Assembly (NCBI RefSeq): GCF_000186885.1
Contig: NC_014972.1
Location: 1,080,001-1,112,000, forward strand
DNA: 32,000 nucleotides
Direction: 5' to 3'
Source of the DNA: Desulfobulbus propionicus DSM 2032
Lineage (GTDB): Bacteria > Desulfobacterota > Desulfobulbia > Desulfobulbales > Desulfobulbaceae
Under the pieces are notes generated by a model, which ran no database searches, was not told where the DNA came from, and saw nothing but the letters and a program-made list of their open reading frames with translations. The translations under genes were made by a program, and so were the position numbers. Of this stretch, positions 1 through 9,230 are shown one piece after another. The first letter of the stretch is position 1. The number at the start of each line of letters is the position of its first letter.

Positions 1-115
1 GGGTTGAGAAACGGGTCTGGTGCAACGAGAAGGAAGAACGTCGTGCGGTGCGTCTTGTCCGGTTCGGCTGGCGAGGGCCCGGTTGTGACGGGTGGCAGGC
101 GAGCGGGACGCGGCC

Positions 116-1480
116 CTACTTGACCGCAATGCCCAAGGCCTTCACTTTTTTGTGCAGATGACTGCGTTCCATGCCGATCTGTTCGGCGGTTTTGGAAATG
201 TTGCCGTCATTTTCCTCGATCTTGGCCGACAGGTAATCGGTTTCAAACCGGCGGCGCGCGTCCTTGAAGGAGAGGTGACGGTACATCGGATCAACAGGCT
301 GTGCCGGCGGTGGATGCAGCGGCACGTTGCCGAGGAAAAGCGCCACGTCCTCCGCTCCGATTTCCTCGCCCGGGGTCATGATCACCAGCCGCTCCACCAG
401 GTTGCGCAATTCGCGAACATTGCCCGGCCAGTGATGGCGTTGCAGCATGTCGAGGGCATCGGCGGAAAAGTGCCGCCATCCGATACCCTTATGACTGAAC
501 TGCTTGACGAATTCGGCCACCAGCAACGGGATGTCCTCCCGGCGTTCGGCTAGATCGGGCACGACAAGCGGGACCACGTTCAGCCGATAGAACAGGTCGG
601 CCCGAAAGTGACCCTGCTCGATCTCTTCTTCCAGATTCTTGTTGGTGGCCGCCAGAACGCGGACATCGACCTCGATGGTCCGAGAACCGCCCACCCTCTC
701 GAACTTCTGTTCTTGAAGAATACGCAGCACCTTGGCCTGGCTTTTCTGGCTCATGTCACCGATCTCGTCGAGAAAAAGGGTCGAGCCGTTGGCTTGGTCG
801 AATTTGCCCTTTTTGTTTTCCGTGGCTCCGGTGAAGGCGCCCTTGACATGGCCGAACAGTTCGGATTCGATCAACTCTTCCGGGATGGCGGCGCAGTTGA
901 CCGCCACCATCGGGTGTTTGCTCCGCAGCGAATGGCGATGGATGGTCTGGGCCACCAGCTCCTTGCCGGTACCGTGTCCGCCCCGGATCAAGACCCAGGC
1001 GTCGGTGGGCGCAACCCGTTCAATCTGCTGCCGCAGGTGCGCCATCAGCGGACTGTTGCCGATCAGATGGGCAACTGCCGGTCCGTTTTCGCGCAGCAAC
1101 TGGTTGTCCCGTTCCAATTGCGCCAACTGCAGCCCCTTTTTGATCGAGAGGATGGTCTTGTCATAGGAGAGGGGTTTTTCGATGAAATCGAACGCGCCGT
1201 TGCGCGTCGCCTGCACTGCGGTTTCGATGGTGCCGTGTCCGGAAATCATGATCACCGGCAGGCTGAACCGCTGCTTGATCAGCCGCAGCGCCTCGAGCCC
1301 ATCCATGCCCGGCATCCAGATGTCGAGGAGAATCAAGCTGATATTTTTTTCGTCCAGCACCTGCAGCCCCTCTTCGGCGGAGGCGGCGGTCAGGGGGACG
1401 AATCCTTCGTCAACGAGAATGCCGGCAAGACTTTCGCGAATGGCGGCTTCGTCGTCAATGATGAGAATGGTGTCGGGCAT
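116..1480 (-). CDS. Sigma-54-dependent response regulator / bacterial enhancer-binding protein (receiver + AAA+ + Fis-type HTH), NtrX/NtrC-like
   Basis: ORF 116..1543 (-). The track start at 1543 is a TTG. The first ATG (1480) gives the canonical receiver N-terminus MPDTILIIDDE. Receiver Asp lies in LILLDIWMPGMDG. AAA+ P-loop is GGHGTGKE, and ESELFGH plus an intact sigma-54 contact loop GAFTGA are present. C-terminal HTH is NISKTAEQIGMERSHLHKKVK. It lies 77 nt downstream of the NtrY-like kinase on the same strand. Confidence 0.9.
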   Translation of the reverse strand: MPDTILIIDDEAAIRESLAGILVDEGFVPLTAASAEEGLQVLDEKNISLILLDIWMPGMDGLEALRLIKQRFSLPVIMISGHGTIETAVQATRNGAFDFIEKPLSYDKTILSIKKGLQLAQLERDNQLLRENGPAVAHLIGNSPLMAHLRQQIERVAPTDAWVLIRGGHGTGKELVAQTIHRHSLRSKHPMVAVNCAAIPEELIESELFGHVKGAFTGATENKKGKFDQANGSTLFLDEIGDMSQKSQAKVLRILQEQKFERVGGSRTIEVDVRVLAATNKNLEEEIEQGHFRADLFYRLNVVPLVVPDLAERREDIPLLVAEFVKQFSHKGIGWRHFSADALDMLQRHHWPGNVRELRNLVERLVIMTPGEEIGAEDVALFLGNVPLHPPPAQPVDPMYRHLSFKDARRRFETDYLSAKIEENDGNISKTAEQIGMERSHLHKKVKALGIAVK

Positions 1481-1557
1481 CGGGACGTACTGAGGGCAAG
1501 GAACAATCGGAAAAATGGCGAACCGTGGAGGGCGAGCTGGCAAACATGGGCATCATA

Positions 1558-3780
1558 TCAGGTATCCAGCGGCAGCTCAACCGCAAACACCGCCCCTGTC
1601 GGAGTGTTGTCGTAAACGCGAATGGAGCCGCCGTGCTCGCTGACAATGGTGTGGGCGATGGCCAGCCCCAGTCCGGTGCCGGATTTGCGAGTGGAAAAAT
1701 AAGGCTCGAAGATACGGAGCTTGACCTCGTCGCTGATCCCTGGGCCGGTATCGGCCACCTCCAAGCGGACGGTCGCGCCGTTCCCGCCTGGGCCGAGGGT
1801 GACCGCAATGTTGCCGCCGCCGGCGAGCACCGATACCGCGTTGTCGAGCAGATTGATGAGCACCCGCTTGATCTGTACCGCATCAAAGAGGAATTCGGGC
1901 AGGGCGGGGTCGGCATGGCAGGTGATGGTCAATTGTTTGTGCGCTTCCTGGTAGAGCACGACCACTTCCTGGACCAGGAGGCCGAGATTTTTGCGTTCCT
2001 TGTGCAGCTGCGGCATGCGGGCGAAGTCGGAAAACTCGCTCACCAGGTTTTTGATTTCATCCACCTGGTTAATGATGGTGGCGGTGCATTGATCGAAAAT
2101 GGCCCGGTTTTCGCCGATGGTGTCCAGGTAGCGTTTACGCAGCCGCTGGGCCGACAGCTGAATCGGGGTCAGCGGATTCTTGATCTCATGGGCAATGCGG
2201 CGGGCCACTTCCTGCCAGGCGGCGAGCCGCTGCGCCTTTTCCAGGTTGGTCAGGTTGTCGAAGACGATGACAAAGCCGATGGGGTGCTGCCAGTCGTCGA
2301 GCATCCGGGTCACGTTGACCTGGAGGGAAAGGGTCTCGCCGCGCCGGATGGTCACCCGCAGGTGGCGTTCGATGGTCGCCTTGCCCGTCTCAAGCAGCTC
2401 CCTGAGAAAGCTCTCGACGATCAGGGCGTGCTGCTTCGGCAAGGCGGCGTGGAAGTCCTTGCCGAGAAACGTGGCCGGGCGAATGGCCAACAGTTTCTCG
2501 GCAAAACGGTTGATGGTGGTGATGCGGTTGTTCTCGTCTAGGGCAATCACCCCGGCGGCAACATTTTCGAGAATGGTTTCCAGATAGCGGCGGCGCTGTT
2601 CCGAAACCTCGTTACTGTCCTGCAAGGCCCGGTGGGTCCGGGCCAGTTGCTGGTTGGAGGCGAGGATTTCGGCGGTCATGGAATTGAACGAATCGACCAG
2701 CATCCCCATCTCGTCGTCCGCCTCTTTTTCGACGATGAAATCCATGTCGCCGTCCGCCACCCGTTTGGTGGCCTCGGCCAGTTTGTTGATCGGGCCGGTG
2801 AGACTGCGGGCGATGTAGAAACCGAACCAGATGGCGCCGAACACAATCAGCAGGGTGATGATCAGCAGCATGATGATCAGGCTGAACTTGATCGGTGCCT
2901 TGAGCATGATCATCTGCTGGTAGCCGGTAATGCCGTCGGAAATGGATTGCATGGTTTCCAGCTGAGCCGAGGGCAACAGCAGGGTGGTGATCAGAAACCA
3001 GGTTTGCGGCGTGCCCACCGTGACTTGTACCGGAACAATTGCCTGGATCAGTTCACCAATGGTGGTGCGGCGGCTGACCAGTTCGGTCCGGTCGGTGTTG
3101 GCGGTCAGTCGCAGGGCTTCCGAGGGCAGAGTCGGCGAGGCAATGGATGCCAGGCGCGGTCCCTTGACGGAAACAACAGGCCTGCGCTGGCTGTCGAGGA
3201 GGAGGAGGCTGTCCGGCGCGCCAGGCAGATCGATTTCCAGGGTCTGGGCAAAAAAACGTTTGAGCGTGGCCGGATTGTCCAGCGGCAGGGTGCCGCTCTC
3301 CAGGAGGGACGCCAATTGCCGGCCGGTATACTCGGCTTTTTCTTCGGTATCGTGCAGGATCGACTGCGCCAGCTTCAGGGAGGATTGGAGGGATTCCTCG
3401 ACCCGGGCGTTGAACCAGTAATCCATGGACGTCGAGACAAAGCGCAGGGCCACGAGAAATAAAATCGCGGTCGGTACCAGGGAGAGGGAAACAAAGCAAA
3501 TGACCAGCCGGGTGCGGAGCCGCGATCCGAGCAGATGCTGTTTGCGCTCAAAAACCAGTTCCACCAGGTTGCGCAGCACCAGGTAGAGCATGAGCAACAG
3601 CAGCAGCCCGTTGATGTTGATCAGGGCAAAGATGAGGATGGTGCTGGAAATGGGCAGGGAAAAATCGCCGCTGAGCAGTCCGCGCTGGACGGAACCCAGC
3701 ACCGGGATCAGGAGAAGGCAGAAGGCGATGACGATCCGGACCAGCCGCTGTTTCTTTTTCTTCTGTTCCGCGGTGAGCAT
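1558..3780 (-). CDS. NtrY-like membrane sensor histidine kinase (multi-TM, HAMP, PAS, HisKA, HATPase_c)
   Basis: ORF 1558..3780 (-) with an ATG at 3780. It has N-terminal TM helices (IVIAFCLLLIPVLG, ILIFALININGLLLLLMLYLVL, LVICFVSLSLVPTAILFLVAL), then a large extracytoplasmic segment and a further TM (FSLIIMLLIITLLIVFGAIWFGFYI). HAMP is ARSLTGPINKLAEATKRVADGD and PAS is LETILENVAAGVIALDENNRITTINRF. The H-box AHEIKNPLTPIQLSAQRL is of the NtrY type. N-box is LINLLDNAV; G-boxes are DTGPGI and GTGLGLAI. Confidence 0.9.
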   Translation of the reverse strand: MLTAEQKKKKQRLVRIVIAFCLLLIPVLGSVQRGLLSGDFSLPISSTILIFALININGLLLLLMLYLVLRNLVELVFERKQHLLGSRLRTRLVICFVSLSLVPTAILFLVALRFVSTSMDYWFNARVEESLQSSLKLAQSILHDTEEKAEYTGRQLASLLESGTLPLDNPATLKRFFAQTLEIDLPGAPDSLLLLDSQRRPVVSVKGPRLASIASPTLPSEALRLTANTDRTELVSRRTTIGELIQAIVPVQVTVGTPQTWFLITTLLLPSAQLETMQSISDGITGYQQMIMLKAPIKFSLIIMLLIITLLIVFGAIWFGFYIARSLTGPINKLAEATKRVADGDMDFIVEKEADDEMGMLVDSFNSMTAEILASNQQLARTHRALQDSNEVSEQRRRYLETILENVAAGVIALDENNRITTINRFAEKLLAIRPATFLGKDFHAALPKQHALIVESFLRELLETGKATIERHLRVTIRRGETLSLQVNVTRMLDDWQHPIGFVIVFDNLTNLEKAQRLAAWQEVARRIAHEIKNPLTPIQLSAQRLRKRYLDTIGENRAIFDQCTATIINQVDEIKNLVSEFSDFARMPQLHKERKNLGLLVQEVVVLYQEAHKQLTITCHADPALPEFLFDAVQIKRVLINLLDNAVSVLAGGGNIAVTLGPGGNGATVRLEVADTGPGISDEVKLRIFEPYFSTRKSGTGLGLAIAHTIVSEHGGSIRVYDNTPTGAVFAVELPLDT

Positions 3781-3797
3781 GCAGTGAGGGAGCGGGG

Positions 3798-4373
3798 TCA
3801 GTATCTGAACTCGATGGTCCGCCAGTCGGTTTCGAAATCCCAGAGGGAGGAGAAGGGCAGAATCCGGTGCATGCCAAGGGGCAGGGATCCCTTTTTGAGG
3901 GTGACCTTGAAATGAATGGCATAGGGTGCATCGGGGATCAGCTGTGAAAGAGCGATCACCTTGACGCCGTTGAGTTCGGCCGTCAACCGTTTGGCCTCGT
4001 CGAGATCCGTGGTGGTCACCGCCTTTCCTTCCTGGTCGGAAAAAGTGATCCGATATTCTTGCCGCTCGGCATCGAAGCTCAGCGTATGGGTGACCGAGGA
4101 TTCGACCAGCGAGGTGTTCAGCCAGTTACCGCTGGTCTTGATCAGTTCCAGTTGATAAGTGAAGACAACGGGAATGCCGCTTTTCACCCCTTCGATCATT
4201 TCCTGGGTAAAACCGTTTTTCACCGTGGCAAAGAGCAACAGGTCGACATCCGAGGTGGTGACAATGATGTCCTTGATCTCGGGCGTGACCTCGTCGGCGG
4301 CAGTCAGCAGGCTGGAAGGCAGGAGCAGCAACAAACCGCAGAGCAAGGCTATGTGCAAGTGTAATCGTTTCAT
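3798..4373 (-). CDS. Secreted DUF4390-family protein (accessory gene of NtrY/NtrX-type operons)
   Basis: ORF with an ATG at 4373 and a signal peptide MKRLHLHIALLCGLLLLLPSSLLTA/ADE. The core pattern LLLFATVKNGFTQEMIEGVKSGIPVVFTYQLEL ... HTLSFDAERQEYRITF matches my memory of the DUF4390 signature. The position immediately upstream of the NtrY-like kinase (17-nt gap) is the typical DUF4390 context. The family assignment comes from recollection, not an HMM run. Confidence 0.72.
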   Translation of the reverse strand: MKRLHLHIALLCGLLLLLPSSLLTAADEVTPEIKDIIVTTSDVDLLLFATVKNGFTQEMIEGVKSGIPVVFTYQLELIKTSGNWLNTSLVESSVTHTLSFDAERQEYRITFSDQEGKAVTTTDLDEAKRLTAELNGVKVIALSQLIPDAPYAIHFKVTLKKGSLPLGMHRILPFSSLWDFETDWRTIEFRY

Positions 4374-4437
4374 TATATGGTCAAGAGAACGCGACGGGCG
4401 CGCTCTGGAGGTGGAACGGCTAAAAATATACCCTGAG

Positions 4438-4466
4438 CATATACCTGATCACCGGCCTTTTGTCCA
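4438..4466 (-). promoter_or_regulatory. Candidate sigma-70 promoter for the DUF4390-ntrY-ntrX operon
   Basis: Read on the minus strand: TGGACA (plus 4461-4466), a 17-nt spacer (aaaggccggtgatcagg), then TATATG (plus 4438-4443). This lies about 65-90 nt upstream of the ATG at 4373. It overlaps a direct repeat, ATATACCCTGAGC / ATATACC-TGATC (plus 4426-4450). Hexamer matching only. Confidence 0.3.
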
Positions 4467-4608
4467 TGACAAGAGACCGGGTGAAGAGGGACAAGTTGTT
4501 GCTCTTGAATGATTTACGGGGTGCGGAGGGCGCCGTTGCCGCTCGATGGGCCGGAGTGGACGGGACCGGAACCTCTTTCCCTGGAAAGGCGGCGATCAGG
4601 TGGACCGG

Positions 4609-6612
4609 TTACCATTCGATCCGCAGCAGATTGTCCAGCGGTCGCACCCGGGCAAGCCGGATCCGGACAATGTCGCCGGGTTCGACCGGAAACGCCGGAT
4701 TGGGCGGCAGGTCGACGTCGAACAGGCAGTCGCAGAGCAGTAGATTGACCCGTTTCGCTCCCTGGCCAACCACCAGGGCGTTGATCCGTTGACCTTCCTT
4801 GGGTTCGAGATAGCGAAGAATCCAATACCGATGGCGTTGCTGCCGGATGGCATTGGCGCGACCGAGCTTCTGCTGGATGATGCCGGCAAAGGTCTTGCAT
4901 TCCTCGCTTGAAAAAAGAATGCCGCGGCCATGGATCATGTGGCAGAGTTGGTGCTGCATGGCCAGATCGAGAAAGCGACGGATCGGCGAGGTGATGGTGG
5001 TATAGCTGTTGAGGCCGAGACCGCTGTGGGGCTTGGGGTGGGCGGTCAGCTCGCCCCGGGCGAGAAAGCGGCGCTGATGGGCAATGTCGGCCAGGTTGTT
5101 CTGCACGCCGGAGATGATTCGGCGGCGCGGCGGCGGCTGCGAGCGGAACAGGCCCGGAGCTTCCCGCGCCGCCATGTAGGAGGCGGCCAGGCTGTTGGCC
5201 AGGATCATCAGCTCGGAGATCAGGTTGCGCGCCGGCGTGTCCACCGGTGACAGATAGACCTGAATGTGCTCCCGGTCGCGGATATCGATGTTGACATCAG
5301 GCAGGGACAGCAGCAACGCCCCCTTGTCGACCCGCTGTTGGCGGAGTTGCTGACGGACAACGTTCAGGGCCGCCAAGTCGGGATCGCGCTCGATCAACTG
5401 ATCCGCCTCGCGGTAGCTCAACTGGCGTTTGACCTCGATCACCGCCGGCACGATGGAGGAGTGAACGATTTCGCCCGTCGCGGTCAAGGTGACGAGAAAA
5501 CTGATGGTCGGCCGAATCTTGCCCTGAATCAGGCTGCACAGATCGAGCGACAGCTCCTGGGGCAACATGGGAATGTGGCCTTCGGGGAAATAGATCGAGG
5601 TCGAGCGCTCCCTGGCTTCGGCGAAGAGCGGACTCTTGGGGGGCACATAGTAGCTGACATCGGTGATGTGGATGCCAACCTCGACGTGGCCATCGTCCTT
5701 GCGGACAATATGGACCGCATCGTCGAAATCGCGGGTGGAGGCGCCGTCGATGGTCAGGGTGTCGAGGGCTCGCAAATCCCTGCGTTTGGCGTCGGCAAGC
5801 AGTTCCTCGAGGGTGGCCTCGCGAAGGGATTGGCTGAGCTGCAGGCAAGGTTCGGGAAACTCGATCGGCTGGTCGGAGCGAAGCAGGGCCAGGTTCTCGT
5901 CCGCATCCCAAACTCCCGCCTTGACCAGCAACGCATGACCGCTGTGCGGCGCGGTGAAGCCGGCTTTTTTCAGAACCAGGCGGCAGAACTCATCCTCGGC
6001 GCATTCGCTGCCCTGCAGCACCCATTGCGCCAGCCAGTGCAGACAGCGCTCGCGTTCAGGCCACTCATCCTCGACACTCGCTTCCCCTCGCATGATTTTT
6101 TGCAGACCGATGGCCGCCTGGTCGAGGAGTCGCGCTTTTTCCGCTTCCCGCTGCCGTTGCAGACGCATCTGTTCGACCTGCTCCGCGCTGTGGGTCGTGA
6201 TCAGGCCGTTTTTGAATTTGAAGAACAGAGAATCGGCGAAGACCGCCCGGAGAAAGGCGGCGCGTTGATCGTCGGTGGCGCGGTCGCCGAAAAAAAGTTC
6301 GGCAAGGAAGTCGGGCTGAAACTCGTTATCCGCCTCCTCATTGACAATCTGCCACAATTCCTCCAGACGGATGGTGTCGGCCAGCGCCGCCCGGTCGGTG
6401 GCGCGCTGTTGGAGGAGCGCGGTGAGTGCCTCCCTGCTGGGCGGCTGCGGACAGGGTTGCCGGGAGGCGATCAGCACCCGCGATTCCGGCAGATGGAGTT
6501 CTCGTCCGTTCTGGCTGAGCAGATGAATCTTTCTGTCGGCAAGGCCGGTGACGTACCCGCAGAAAAATCTGCCAGCGTCGATGAATTCAATAAGGCTGCC
6601 GGGGGAGATCAT
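4609..6612 (-). CDS. RNB-domain 3'-5' exoribonuclease (RNase II / RNase R family)
   Basis: 667-aa ORF with an ATG at 6612. RNB motif I is [16 protein letters not shown] and RNB motif IV is [28 protein letters not shown]. The N-terminal and C-terminal beta-rich OB/S1-like ends are typical of the family. I cannot tell the II subtype from the R subtype by eye. Confidence 0.85.
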   Translation of the reverse strand: MISPGSLIEFIDAGRFFCGYVTGLADRKIHLLSQNGRELHLPESRVLIASRQPCPQPPSREALTALLQQRATDRAALADTIRLEELWQIVNEEADNEFQPDFLAELFFGDRATDDQRAAFLRAVFADSLFFKFKNGLITTHSAEQVEQMRLQRQREAEKARLLDQAAIGLQKIMRGEASVEDEWPERERCLHWLAQWVLQGSECAEDEFCRLVLKKAGFTAPHSGHALLVKAGVWDADENLALLRSDQPIEFPEPCLQLSQSLREATLEELLADAKRRDLRALDTLTIDGASTRDFDDAVHIVRKDDGHVEVGIHITDVSYYVPPKSPLFAEARERSTSIYFPEGHIPMLPQELSLDLCSLIQGKIRPTISFLVTLTATGEIVHSSIVPAVIEVKRQLSYREADQLIERDPDLAALNVVRQQLRQQRVDKGALLLSLPDVNIDIRDREHIQVYLSPVDTPARNLISELMILANSLAASYMAAREAPGLFRSQPPPRRRIISGVQNNLADIAHQRRFLARGELTAHPKPHSGLGLNSYTTITSPIRRFLDLAMQHQLCHMIHGRGILFSSEECKTFAGIIQQKLGRANAIRQQRHRYWILRYLEPKEGQRINALVVGQGAKRVNLLLCDCLFDVDLPPNPAFPVEPGDIVRIRLARVRPLDNLLRIEW

Positions 6613-6678
6613 CGGTATAACACGTTGCGAAGTTCGAGGGTCATGGTAAGCTACAACCGATAGCAGGATTCCACCTCT

Positions 6679-7635
6679 TTGTCATTATTTTCTTCGGGGA
6701 TTTTTCCCGCACGCTTCCAACAAGGACACAGACCATTGACCACCACGCCTCATCGTTCCGGTGTAGCGGCCATCATCGGCCCGCCCAATGCCGGCAAATC
6801 GACCCTGCTGAACCATCTCCTGGGGCAGAAGATCGCCATTGTCACCCCCAAGCCGCAGACCACCCGCAACCGGATCATGGGTATTGTCACCGGGACGTCC
6901 TATCAGATGATTCTTCTTGATACGCCGGGACTGCATGCGGCACGGGAGGAAATGAACCGGCAGATGGTGCGAGTGGCGTTGGAGAGCCTGGCCGAGGCCG
7001 ATGTGATTCTCTTCCTGGTCGATGGCGCCGACTGGGCGGAAAAAAAGCGGGAGCAGCGGGCCGAGGAGTTTCAGGGCTATTTGGAAAAAATGACCTGCCC
7101 GGTGGTGCTGGCGCTCAACAAGGTGGATCTGCTGCCGTCGGCGCAGCTGCTGCCGGTCATGGACTGGTACCGTAGGCTCTACCCCTTTGCCGCCATGGTG
7201 CCGATCTCGGCGTTGCGGGGCACGGGAATCGACACCCTGACCGACGAGTTGGTGGCCCGTTTGCCGGTTGGACCCCAGTATTATCCGGAGGATATCCCCA
7301 CCGATGCCAGCGAGCGGTTCATCGCCGCCGAAATCATCCGGGAAAAGATCTTTCTGCTCACCCGTGATGAGGTGCCCTATTCGACCGCAGTGATCATCGA
7401 TAGTTTCGAGGAAGGCGAGCCGGTGGTCATTCAGGCGACCATCCTGGTGGAGCGCAGTTCGCAGAAGGGCATTCTGGTCGGGCAGAAGGGCAGTATGTTG
7501 GCGGCGATCCGCAAAAGCGCCACCCGGGAGATCGAGCAGCTGCTCGGTTGCCGGGTGCGGCTGCATCTGTGGATCAAGGTGAGGAAAAATTGGACCGGCA
7601 ATCCCGCCATTCTTAGGGAACTGGGGCTTGGGTGA
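6679..7635 (+). CDS. era: GTPase Era
   Basis: G1 is [10 protein letters not shown]2 is PQTTRN, G3 is DTPG and G4 is NKVD. The C-terminal KH domain contains [20 protein letters not shown]. The start is a TTG at 6679 with AGGA 10 nt upstream. There is no in-frame ATG before the G domain, so the exact start is uncertain. Confidence 0.92.
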   Translation: MSLFSSGIFPARFQQGHRPLTTTPHRSGVAAIIGPPNAGKSTLLNHLLGQKIAIVTPKPQTTRNRIMGIVTGTSYQMILLDTPGLHAAREEMNRQMVRVALESLAEADVILFLVDGADWAEKKREQRAEEFQGYLEKMTCPVVLALNKVDLLPSAQLLPVMDWYRRLYPFAAMVPISALRGTGIDTLTDELVARLPVGPQYYPEDIPTDASERFIAAEIIREKIFLLTRDEVPYSTAVIIDSFEEGEPVVIQATILVERSSQKGILVGQKGSMLAAIRKSATREIEQLLGCRVRLHLWIKVRKNWTGNPAILRELGLG

Positions 7636-7712
7636 GAGACCCAACGGCTCGTCTTGGCGCCGCTTGGTCGGGCGTCCAGCGTACCGAGGCCGTGCTCATG
7701 CTTTTTTCTCGA

Positions 7713-9041
7713 TTAGCGCTGGTCGGTGAGATTGAGGCTTTTGAGAATGATCAAGGCGGTGCGCAGTTGGTTGTCCTGTTCTAATCGTTGTGCAATCTGT
7801 TTGATATCGTTGATTTTCTTGAAACTTTCTTCCTGGTCCTCCACGGCTTCCTCGTTTTTGCCCGGGGGGGGAGAAGGTTGGGCGGCTTCATTTTCCAGGT
7901 GACGGGGCAGATCCTTTTCCCGCGTGGTGACAGGGGAAGACAGCGGTGCGTCCTTGGTTTCGTTTGTGGTGAGCGGCACCACCATGTCGGGTTTGATGCC
8001 GGTGGCCTGGATTGAATCACCGCTGGGGGTGTAGTATTTGGCGGTCGTCAGGCGAAGACCGGCGCCGTCGGGCAACGGCAGGATGGTTTGGACCGACCCC
8101 TTGCCAAAGGTGGTGGTGCCAAGAATAATTGCCCGTTTATGATCCTGGAGCGCGCCGGCGACGATTTCCGAGCCGCTGGCGCTGCCGCCGTTGACCAGGA
8201 CCACCATGGGAAAATCACTGTGGCTGTCGTCCGGATGAGCCTCAAAAACCATCTGCTCCTCCTTGTTTCTGCCCTTGGTGGAGACAATGACCCCCTTGTC
8301 GAGGAAAATGTCGGCGATCTTGACCGCCTGGTCAAGCAGTCCACCCGGATTGTTGCGCAGGTCGAGAATCAATCCCCGCAGGGCAGATTTTTTCTTGAGG
8401 TCTTTGAGGGCGCTACGCACATCCTTGGTGGTGGATGCCTGAAAATTGGAAATGCGGATATAGGCAAACCCCGTATCCAATTCCATGGACTTCACCGAAA
8501 ACAAGGGGATAGCTTCCCGAATCAGGGTATAATCCCGGGGCTCCCTCCATTCTTGACGATGGATGGTGATGGTCACCGATGTGCCCTTTTCACCCCGCAA
8601 TTTCTTGACCGCCTCCAACAGGGTCATGGTCTTGGTCAGTTCGCCGTCAATCCGCACGATCTGATCGCCGGACCGGATGCCCTGCCGGTCCGCGGGCGTT
8701 CCCTCGATCGGGGCGACTGCGGTGAGGATGCCGTCACGGATGGAAATCTCGATGCCGATGCCGGTGAAACTGCCTGATGTTTCTTCTTCCAGGTCCTTGA
8801 AATCCTCCGCTGTCATATAGGCGGAATGGGGGTCGAGCGACCCCAGCATACCGTTGATCGCACCGGTGATCACCTTGCCTGAATCCACCTCCTCGACATA
8901 GTACTGTTGGATCAAGGTCAGTACATTGGCAAAGGTTTCCAGGTCTCTGTACAGGTCTCGCTCCTGTTTGCCCTCGTCGGCGCGGACAGGGGTGGTCAAG
9001 AAACACAGGAAGGTGATCAGCAGGACAATCGGGTGTTTCAT
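7713..9041 (-). CDS. Carboxy-terminal processing (tail-specific) protease, S41 family, with PDZ domain
   Basis: The track ORF 7713..9083 starts at a TTG. The ATG at 9041 gives the signal peptide MKHPIVLLITFLCFLTTPVRA/DE. The PDZ domain contains GIRSGDQIVRIDG. The S41 catalytic serine lies in NGGSASGSEIVAGALQD and the lysine in TFGKGSVQ. There is a C-terminal acidic or coiled extension. Confidence 0.9.
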   Translation of the reverse strand: MKHPIVLLITFLCFLTTPVRADEGKQERDLYRDLETFANVLTLIQQYYVEEVDSGKVITGAINGMLGSLDPHSAYMTAEDFKDLEEETSGSFTGIGIEISIRDGILTAVAPIEGTPADRQGIRSGDQIVRIDGELTKTMTLLEAVKKLRGEKGTSVTITIHRQEWREPRDYTLIREAIPLFSVKSMELDTGFAYIRISNFQASTTKDVRSALKDLKKKSALRGLILDLRNNPGGLLDQAVKIADIFLDKGVIVSTKGRNKEEQMVFEAHPDDSHSDFPMVVLVNGGSASGSEIVAGALQDHKRAIILGTTTFGKGSVQTILPLPDGAGLRLTTAKYYTPSGDSIQATGIKPDMVVPLTTNETKDAPLSSPVTTREKDLPRHLENEAAQPSPPPGKNEEAVEDQEESFKKINDIKQIAQRLEQDNQLRTALIILKSLNLTDQR

Positions 9042-9162
9042 GTGGTCATCACTAACCGGGAAGAGAAGAGAAAAAAGCCCCAAGAAGACGGAAAGCAGTC
9101 AACGCGACGAATTGGATCGCGGTGAACGGGAATGGATTGAAGCTTACTTGTTTCCACAACTT

Positions 9163-9218
9163 AACGGGATTTCAAAGGCGAGGCAACGGATATTCGCCAT
9201 GGGCCGGAAAATCCCGTT
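9163..9218. other. Perfect 10-bp inverted repeat with a nested 5-bp stem in the envC-ctp spacer
   Basis: AACGGGATTT (9163-9172) pairs with AAATCCCGTT (9209-9218). Nested inside are GGCGA and TCGCC (about 9177-9181 and 9194-9198). The element lies in the 189-nt gap between the envC-like stop (9231) and the ctp start (9041). Its function is unknown. Confidence 0.3.
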
Positions 9219-9230
9219 TGCCGAAGACCA

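Noticed and set aside
7636-7712. A terminator between the convergent era and ctp genes (T6 at 7702-7707)
   Set aside because: I could not find a convincing GC-rich stem immediately upstream of the T-run. The only clean stem (TTGGGT/ACCCAA, 7628-7644) is 6 bp and lacks a U-tract.
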